A stretch of 58,557 nt of DNA, the filler included, from Basidiobolus ranarum (taxonomy: Eukaryota), in assembly GCA_040143965.1 (NCBI GenBank). It is 8 parts of 8 records of this genome, joined end to end, with 100 filler letters (N's around TTAATTAATTAA, not from the genome) between each part and the next. Parts side by side here need not be neighbours in the genome. Positions count along the whole stretch, not along the records: positions 44,029 to 51,252 come from JASJQH010008037.1; positions 51,353 to 58,557 come from JASJQH010008038.1; 6 more parts are not named here. One strand, written 5' to 3'. This document shows positions 49,931 to 58,557 of the stretch, piece after piece. A program made the translations under genes and the position numbers. Each line of letters opens with the position of its first letter. The first letter of the stretch is position 1. Under the pieces are notes generated by a model. That model was given only the letters and a program-made list of their open reading frames with translations, was not told where the DNA came from and searched no databases.

Positions 49931-51352
49931 GCTTAGATAGACATAGAATTCTCGTAACTAGCTCTTACTTGCAACCTTTAGAGAAACTACATACCTTAAC
50001 CAATAAACCCTTTGTAATATGTATTTGGGGCGCGTTTTAGCCTAGACTACGGAATAGTAAATAATATTCATCAAAATATAGCCTTACCGAGCATTAAGAC
50101 CAATATAGATTCAAGATCTTGATGGCACTTTGATAGCTCGAGTTCATAATACATATATAGTAATTAGAGTAACTACTACTGTAGCAACAGAATCTGATTC
50201 GAGCTTTATGTGCAATCTCAGCGCCTGTAACTTGATTCAATAGAAGGTAAATATTTACGCGTTGCCTAGGCTGAATAATTTTATACCATTAAGTGGGTTT
50301 TTGGGTTAGGGTTGATTCTTGAAAAGTTCAAATGTTTGCGTACCAAAGAGCTTCCATATTTGGTTCTAGAATTGGATTACCAAGATTCATAGATAAGATT
50401 TGTTTCTTCCTATTTCTTCCTGTTTCTTCCATTTTAAGTACGTGTGACGTTTCTGTCCTTACACATGTATCACTTACCACTATTTTGAATCTCCTACAAT
50501 GGTGTTTTACTTTAAGATGGATGCTTTAATGATGTACTTCAATTATATTAACTAATGTGAATATGTGATATTGGTAAGTATTGCTCATTCTATCTGTAGT
50601 TCCTCTCAATAGCACATTCTCAAGTATTAAATAAGTAATACTATTACTTGGTTTTTCTGCAGTCTCTTTATAAAAATCCCGATCCGCATTTTATTTTTTG
50701 CCAATAATAGAACTCATTGAGGCTCAAGCTGTGTGTTATGTGCAATAATATTGACTTTATTAAACCAATAATTCTAAATCTACACTTCTATCCTCTAGCA
50801 CTTCTATCCGATGCTTGTATGTAATTGCTAACTTGGTTCAGGATCATCATCAAATATTGTAACAAGTGAATATGACTTAAACGGCTTAATTATTATAGCA
50901 TCTTTTGCAAAACAAATCAATTCAGGAATTGCCCATGGTACTCCCACAGCTATTCTGAGCACATTATTGAGAACATATTCATGCAGTATCAATGAAATAT
51001 GGATTACTTTCAAGATAGCGCTGTTGAAATTAGCATGGCCTAAACACCTATATAGTCATATATAGCATAGTATTGAGTTATTCCATATTGAACCAAGATA
51101 TCATCTCAAGAGGAATTTACTTAGAAGTTTGAAGATAAAATTGTTAAAGTATTTGGGAGCCTGTTGGAAGTGGTTTGGAGAATTAGAGGAATTGTTGGTT
51201 TTCACTTATTGATTTATTGAGTAGAAAGTTGACATTTATAGTTTTGTCAAGANNNNNNNNNNNNNNNNNNNNNNNNNNNNNNNNNNNNNNNNNNNNTTAA
51301 TTAATTAANNNNNNNNNNNNNNNNNNNNNNNNNNNNNNNNNNNNNNNNNNNN

Positions 51353-51777
51353 TGTTGTTGAACGAGTTCCACACTTCAAGTTTTTGCCCCGAATGTGTAT
51401 TTTCAGAATTGGAAAAATTCAAAACTATTCCAAACCCGAGAGTTTTTAGAAGAAACAAGATGCCAACTGTAAAATGCCATGGTCTTTTAAGGTACTGTTC
51501 AAGATGATACAAAAAGAGAGAAAAGAAAATGAAAGCTAACATTCTTTCGTCAAATAGGTGCATAAACCAAAATTGTTTGAAGACCACGCCAGCCAGTAGC
51601 ATTAGACGACTTTGGAACCGAGACCTTGTAGTACTTAATTTCCGGCATATCTTAGCTTCGCTTAGAGAAAAAGGTACCCGTCCTGACCGATTTATGCCCC
51701 AAATACCAGTTAAAAGAAAAAGCAAGCAAAAGGAAAGCCAAGAATCAAACAATCTTCCTCCTCAGTTATCGCTGTAG
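51353..51777 (+). CDS. Fanzor (eukaryotic TnpB/Cas12-family RNA-guided nuclease), C-terminal RuvC-II / Zn finger / RuvC-III part; 5'-truncated; intron 51492-51557
   Basis: Spliced: LLNEFHTSSFCPECVFSELEKFKTIPNPRVFRRNKMPTVKCHGLLR|CINQNCLKTTPASSIRRLWNRDLVVLNFRHILASLREKGTRPDRF...; intron GTACTG...GCTAAC...AATAG. Confidence 0.85.
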
Positions 51778-51784
51778 GACACAC

Positions 51785-51990
51785 ATAGTATAAACCTATA
51801 GGTTATACATTGTTTAGTTAACCATGAGCAATATGACTTGGACCAATCGACCCGCACCTCTACTCCTAAGACTGATATTCGTGGATAGAGCTCGGTGAAG
51901 ATACACGTGAACATATTTGCTTTATACAGCTCATTTCAGAGAAAACATTTACCAAACTCGGCCAAGTTATTGCTAGCATGAAACCGGTTC
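51785..51990 (+). ncRNA. Candidate Fanzor omegaRNA scaffold
   Basis: Lies immediately 3' of the Fanzor stop. Hairpin at 51788-51808, long-range stem 51823-51844/51960-51980 and nested stem 51855-51862/51886-51897. Confidence 0.45.
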
Positions 51991-54262
51991 CTTATAGCAT
52001 GTAGGCTCTATGATTGCATTGTTCTAAATGGTAGGTATCACATGACGTAGGCACTAGCTGCATGGTCCCTCATAAAGCAAGAAGGAATGAATGTACTTCG
52101 AATCACGGTACATCTAACTCTAGAATTGGTCTGAACCATGGGTTTAAACCTCATTTGGCAAAATACTTACACTGGCTCGTCCAGTAAAAAAAGCTCGTTC
52201 GATCAGGTCCGATCTCATCTTTGATCATCACAAACTTAAGAATCCCTACTATTAATCAATCGATTGTACATATTTGGCATTGGTACCAAACTGATCATCA
52301 CTGGCGATTATCATAAAAAGAGTTTTCACAATAACGCTTGGGAGTAAAGGTATTGTTATCCAACAACAGAGGTGTTGAAACGCTAGTTTCAGGGATAAAA
52401 GTGACATTCGTTCAACGCTGCTGAAAAAGAATCTCTTGTAAATATCGATTGTTTGTGCAATCTAAAACATGGTTACTACGTATATTCCACTAAGATGACA
52501 AATACAATGACCACACTTGAAGTTACAAGATTGGGGTAAATTACGATGATGGCATTGATTATGTACCTAATACTTCAAAGGCAATATTCGTCAACATTAT
52601 CAAATATGACTCCTCTTGATAAGGTTCTCAAATCCATACAGCACCCGGCGCCAACACAAGATGTGGAATATGATTGTTCGATAGTAGAGCAGCTTTAAAG
52701 TAGTGTGGAAGCTCCAACCCATCATCGGATATAGCTCGTGAGGGGATTGCCAAGCTACTATTGTAAACAGCATGCAAGCTTTACTATCTTCCGACTAGAC
52801 CTCCTGAAGTAAATTAATGTTTGTTGGGTTAGGGTAGGGTGATAGGGAACTTTGTCATCCTATTGGGGGCACAGAAATAAATACGGGACACATGCAGCTA
52901 CAAATAGGTAGACATCGCATATACATTGCTCTTATCATTTGTTTCATGTTGGGATTTTTCCTAAACATGGAAGGTCATAGGCACTGGCATACTCAGGAAT
53001 CAGCGTGAGGATTGTTGTTACATGAGACTATGAACCGTACTTGATATTACATGTTAGGAAAATCAGCCTGTCCTCGTTCAGACTCCCATCATCGATGAGG
53101 GTTCGTACTCTTTGATCTATCCTGCCTAGATAAACCTTAATTTCCTGGCCATCATCGGAGCCCCTATTTCATTAGGCCATGGAATCAGTTGCACTTTGCG
53201 TTTCATATACAAAACCAGATATTCTGCAGTTGATCAATTTAAGGTTAACTTTGTTACAGTGCTTACGACACAGCGTGGTAAAATGTGGCCAACCGGGAAC
53301 TCATTGATTGTTGCTTGAGGAATGCTGGCAACAGATCGAGTGGGTGTGATGAGCAATTCCTTATTTGCCATCATACCAATTACTTCGGGCCGAGCGAGAG
53401 AAGCTGCTGATCTATTTATCCGTCGGTGGAACATCAGCGCCCTCTAGACCCTTTGGCAAGCTATAGTTGGAGATGTGAAGGCCATAATCGGAAATGAGTA
53501 GAGGTGTCCAATATGCTCTTCTCAGAGCTCCTCTCTCTTGCAATCTTAGATGAGGCTTGTACATTCAACAGTCGATCACCCCTCGTCCATTAGATATCCC
53601 TGATGCTGATAGCTCTCGTGAATAGAATCTTGTTCTAGATAGAGCATACGAATAGCCTCGATCCAACTCATTATGTTGGCTAGTAGGCAGGATCAACTGA
53701 TCTTGGAACATAAGTACATCTTAGCTTAGATCACTCTTGAACTCTTTAAGATTAAATGTTTGCTGCGATTGATCAAAAATAGGAAACAAGGGGCAGCATT
53801 CAATTTTTGTTAAGATCACGTAATGAATTCGACACAATCTATTCTAAAAAGAGAAAGCATTCATATTTCCTTGAAAAACCCCCCGACCAATCGATATCGT
53901 GGAGGGTCGGGGATTCTGTAGTTTCATCCTGAGCGTATATAAAGAGACGATCGACTAATTCTCGTTTTCATCTTGTTATTGACAACTATTGTTATTTCTT
54001 GCTCCCAGCTACCTCTACGTTTCCAATCACTTTTCTTGTATATTAAAAAGAAGCGTCTTGTGTCATTCGTCTTGTAAAATTCCTTCATTTCCCTGTAGTA
54101 CTCAGTTACATATATTATTCTTGAATTTCTGTGGACTCAGTTATTCTCTTCAAAACTTGAGTGTGGAAGGCCCTGTGTTCAGTTCACCTGATATTCACTC
54201 TTCCTTTGCAAAAACCTTAGCATTTTTATCGGGGATTTCCCAATCTTTCTTAAATCTCTATC

Positions 54263-55171
54263 ATGGAAACATATTACGGCTACATAGATTCGGTGCCGGA
54301 TGCCTTGCTCGTGTTAGAAGCATGCAGACTTGGTAACCTTCATCGAGTTCAACGGCGGCTTAGCGAAAAAGAAAGGCAGCGTATCAGGTCAGGCTCAATA
54401 TTCGTATGGGAGGAGGAGGAGTCTGGAATGCGCAGATGGACGGATGGTCGTACCTGGTCTCCATCAAGAGTACATGGTAGTTTTTTGACATACCGGGAGC
54501 TTGAGGGGAAGCGGAAATCTGGCAAAGTAAACGATACACCATCTCCCACGTTGCCAAGTCATGATTCGGACTACGACAGTAAGGCACATAACAACGGAGA
54601 AGATTTCAACTATAAAGATGATGGAATGATCAAGCAATCACTATCGGTAACCACATGCAATGGTCGCAAACTTCATTTGATTAGCTACTTTAACAAGGTG
54701 CACGTATCTATGGGAAATCTGAAACTTCCCTCCTTAGATCCATTCTTCAGTCATGTGGTGATCCCAAAAGGATTATATCCAGACATATCAAACGAACCCA
54801 ATCCAACTCCAACGCCATCACACCATCATCACGCATCAACTCGCCCCTCCCCAAGTCCCTTATATTATCCCCATGGTAGCTTCATAGATGAGCTCAAGTC
54901 GGATCTTTATTCCACAGCACCATATCGAAAAATACGTGATCATGTTCGATTACCAAGCCCTGTTAGCTCAGAAACCTCGATAAATGGACCGGAGATATTA
55001 AAGTCGGTGATAATGAGTGACTCACAACATATTCCTAGCGACAACAACAGTACATGGAAGTACAATCTACCACCACCGACCATTCCTTACCAGGATATTA
55101 GATTGGATACACTACCTAATACTGAAGATCGGCGACAGCTGGCAGTCTTGAGTACCGTATTGTCATTGTAA
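54263..55171 (+). CDS. Gti1/Pac2 (WOPR) family transcription factor
   Basis: METYYGYIDSVPDALLVLEACRLG, RRLSEKER, IRSGSIFVWEEEESGMRRWTDGRTWSPSRVHGSFLTYREL, GMIKQSLSV, LHLISY; TATA-like element near 53936. Confidence 0.95.
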   Translation: METYYGYIDSVPDALLVLEACRLGNLHRVQRRLSEKERQRIRSGSIFVWEEEESGMRRWTDGRTWSPSRVHGSFLTYRELEGKRKSGKVNDTPSPTLPSHDSDYDSKAHNNGEDFNYKDDGMIKQSLSVTTCNGRKLHLISYFNKVHVSMGNLKLPSLDPFFSHVVIPKGLYPDISNEPNPTPTPSHHHHASTRPSPSPLYYPHGSFIDELKSDLYSTAPYRKIRDHVRLPSPVSSETSINGPEILKSVIMSDSQHIPSDNNSTWKYNLPPPTIPYQDIRLDTLPNTEDRRQLAVLSTVLSL

Positions 55172-57137
55172 ACGATTACTCATCTTTCCAAGAAACCCCC
55201 TAGATCCCGAGTCTCATTCTCCAGGCACACATTTCCCTCCACCAGACCAGGGCATTGTTTAAAATCGGACATTCTTCAGCTTTACGTGGTGTATACATGA
55301 AATCTTTTTATCTAGCAATCCTTTCGATGTACTACCCCGACTCTTTTCACTCACACAAAATTTCAACTACCCTTACAGCTCTCCCTCTTCATAACCAAAA
55401 AAACGAAACCAAAAACCCCAATTCTATGTGCAAAATAATAAACCTAGACCACTTGTATGATATGATAAGCCTTACTTTGATCACCTTTGATGAGAACAAG
55501 AGAGAAGCCTCATTAACTCTATCTATTAACATTTCTAATTTGAAAGTAGGTAATAAACCTAATTGTTCAAAGCCCATAAGAAGTATATTAACGATTTGGC
55601 CCTAACTGAATATATCCATATGTTCCCAAACTTGGAGTAAGCTAATGAGCTCCTTAATCTGATATTTTCAACTCATGCCGGTGATACTAGCAGGAAAATG
55701 GGTTACAGTAGAGACTGCTGCTTCTTCACCGTGGGTCATTCCCCAAAATCATGGAATAGATCCAATACGAGCTATACGAAATGTAGTACATGGAGAAGTT
55801 TGTAGACAATATCAGCCAGTAATCGCACTTTCCGGCATGCGCTATATACAATGGTCAAATTGATGTTACAAAGCTGTCTTTAACAAGCGAACTAAAAATT
55901 TTGAAAATACTCTCAAGTGCCACAAATATCTAGATATCATCACAGCTCCAATGATAACCTTTCATATCCCAACCTTGATATAACGATGTTTGCATACGAA
56001 ATGATTGACGATTGATAGCAACCTATCATCAGTCTATATATGAATCCACAACTTGCGCGAATATTTATCTCTTTCGCATTGGTAATTTAATCACATGGGT
56101 AGAGTCAAATACCAGGAATGCATGTAATCATCCAATCCAACCACAGGATCTAACGAATTCAATCAACGATTAGAAAGCGGTGTAGTAAGTTACGTTTAGG
56201 ATTTCTTAATTGAGAAAGATCTAATCCTATTTGATCGCCACGAGCATCCTCTTTATGTAGGGGAAAGGGGGAGCTTGTGAATTACTAATCAGGGAAATTC
56301 TACGAGTTAATATGGCATAGGATTGTGAATACTGCTCCAATTAATACCTCTGTGCTCATCAGAGAAGAAATGAGTCCTACACCTCCCACATCACAGAGTC
56401 AACATGGATTAAGAAATCCCATGCATTTTTTTGTTCCAGCATGCTCGTGATTATGATTATATACAGCTCATGAGATACTCATATTCATGTATGTGAGCAA
56501 GACACTACACCAGGAGTGTTTCATTGAAAATATGCTAGAGAGCTCAGTGCTGAAGCACTTCAATAGAACTTATTTGGGCATCATGGCTATGGAAGGTTTG
56601 AAGTTGGACCGGAATCCATTACATCTGATTTTATATGATAGTGGAGTTGAAGTTGAATCCAGCCCAAAGATAGCCCACATCTATATGTACAGTTGACATG
56701 GGCTGAATATTGTTGATATCTGAGCTATACAGTTTGTTTTGCATGATGTTCTAGACCCATGATGTCACTCCATACGGTTCGATCCCCACTGCCCATCAAT
56801 TGTGTAGTGGGGTCTCACCTTAGAAAGTACCTATTAGCAGATATGTATCTATGGTAACATGCTTAGTAGCCGCCAAGAGTGACGAGGAATCAAACAGATA
56901 TGTATTCGACAAGGATGAAGATTTATGGTTCAAGTTAAGTGAATGAATTGCTACAGATTCAGTTGATTTACAGGTAGTGATTAGTAACAGCTATACATGT
57001 TAGGGTTTATAAATACTTTACAAGTATATCGGGTTTCTATTTGAATATTTGGAGTGTCTTGTAGTTGAATTAAAGGTTATCTCAAAACCACTCTGCTCAT
57101 TTAGATATCAGTGTTTGTTTTGTGTGAATTCGGATAT

Positions 57138-58557
57138 TTAACTTGCCAAGCCAAGCAAATTCTTTTGCTCGCCACTGAGATCTGCCTCGGCAGTAGCACC
57201 ATTACGTCGGACTTTTGGGATATTATCAGTGAAGATATGGATCAGTGCCATACAATATGTCATGCCAGGTAGATAGTTAGCCATGATTGGTCTGACGTGC
57301 CCTATGAATGTTGATCCGAATGTCTCTTGACTTTTCTCACATGGCGTTACAGTTCTATCGGGAAGAATATGATATAATGACCCACGCCACTCCACTTTAG
57401 ACCCAGAGATGGCGTATGCCCATAGTGGGAAAGCGGCGATCTCACGAAGACCCCATGCTAAGAGAAAGTTTTGAAGATTCTTGACTGGGCTTTTCGTTAC
57501 TGTCTGAAAATTATTCAGATCATTCAGAAACCAAACTACCATGTGAAAAGTAAAGAAGCTCAACGGGTGAATCTTCCACAAAAGATTGAATCCATAAGAT
57601 CCTAAGAGACCGCAAATAACTGACTCGGTAAAAGGTTCGACTAAGGTAGCAGTAGTGACCATATATTTACGAAGTCTAATCCATCTAGCACGACGTTGAA
57701 AATAGTCGATGGTTTTCATGGAACCCAAGGATTGATAAGCCAAGTCTTGGGTCATTTCGTGTTTATAACCCATATCCCAGATAGCTTGAGCGATTTCGTT
57801 ATCTTCAGCAAGGTAGTTCTTAAATGCTGACAAGCCACCGGCACGTTCTAGAACGCTTCTACGAAACATGTTGGATTTCCCAACTACGCAACTATCGACG
57901 GAGGCAAAGTTAATCGCGTTATACATCTTGGCGTGGGCCGTGTTTAAGAATACCATCTCTAACTCTGAGCCGAATGAGTTAGGTCTAACTCCAAGTGGTG
58001 CATGGTGAACCAGGCCTACTTTATCCTTAGTCAATTTATCTACTGAACGACCAAGACTCCCAGGATAGGTGAATACATTCGAATCAAGAATCCAAACGAT
58101 GTCATATTTCGCAGTTTCATAAGATTGAATCAAATTATTGATCTTAGGGTTCACTCCAATCAGATTCTCCCCTGAAAAATACGTGTAAGAACAGGGTCAG
58201 AGTGAAGTACATGTTAGGTAAGCTCTTACCAATGATCAATCTAGTATCAACATTAGGATGCTCAGCAATAAGCTCTTGAACAATTCTGATGGCAGGATCG
58301 TCACCATTAGCAACACTGAATATTACTTCAAAGCGTGGATAGTCTTGATTCAAACTTGAGGCCAAATTTCTTCTCATGTCATAATCGATTCCTTTGATCG
58401 GTCGTAAAATTGATACTCCTTGGGCCTCGCTGGGAGGGAGAGTTGCTGATGCAAAACTCTATCGAATCTGAAAATGTGATCAGAAGCCAAAGTAGAAAGC
58501 TCAATTTATTTGGAAGAATATCAAATCGCCTCACCAATGATTCATCAGAAAATGATA
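57138..58557 (-). CDS. Glucosylceramide synthase (GT21), 5'-truncated; introns 58172-58229 and ~58459-58534
   Basis: GVSILRPIKGID, YPRFEVIFSV, IGVNPKINNL, WILDSN, CVVGKSNMFR, YLAEDN, RRARWIRLRKYM. Confidence 0.93.

Noticed and set aside
50828-51013. Short ORFs downstream of the CBA1-like gene
   Set aside because: No recognisable motifs or splice support; probably noise or decayed TE.
51297-51752. 151-aa minus-strand hydrophobic ORF
   Set aside because: Antisense shadow of the Fanzor fragment, running into the N spacer.
44029-51777. UGT-CBA1-Fanzor cluster, or the LTR at 51142-51252 as the Fanzor's left end
   Set aside because: The spacer at 51253-51352 separates unlinked contigs.
56776-56812. 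B-box GGTTCGATCCC plus hairpin as a tRNA or SINE
   Set aside because: No A box or cloverleaf upstream; an isolated short match.

Overview
Eukaryotic, intron-rich DNA from an early-diverging (non-Dikarya) fungus; a Zoopagomycota/Mucoromycota-like source is my inference from gene content and TE types. The window is not one locus. It is eight pieces of about 7.2 kb (7252, 7248, 7236, 7235, 7232, 7225, 7224, 7205 bp, in descending order) joined by artificial N44-TTAATTAATTAA-N44 spacers, so adjacency across spacers is meaningless. Genes: bHLH-ZIP factor, ABHD4/5-Cld1-like hydrolase, dual-specificity phosphatase, RPS3, GH18 chitinase plus the inverted 3' end of a paralog, bZIP, PFK2/FBPase2, DUF202 protein, family III CoA-transferase, GPI-type Ser-rich protein, RPT1, RRP15, DHHC palmitoyltransferase, GPR89, two UGTs, a CBA1-like binding protein, a Gti1/Pac2 factor and glucosylceramide synthase. 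Two pieces are dominated by CpG-depleted Copia/Gypsy relics. Top finding: the spliced 3' part of a Fanzor (eukaryotic TnpB-family RNA-guided nuclease) at 51353-51777, which the ORF track shows only in part, followed by a structured ~200-nt candidate omegaRNA. Also notable: a CBA1-like putative vitamin B12-binding protein, a U12-type intron in GPR89, and a tRNA-like sequence that may lie inside an LTR. All family assignments come from manual motif recognition; no database searches were run.
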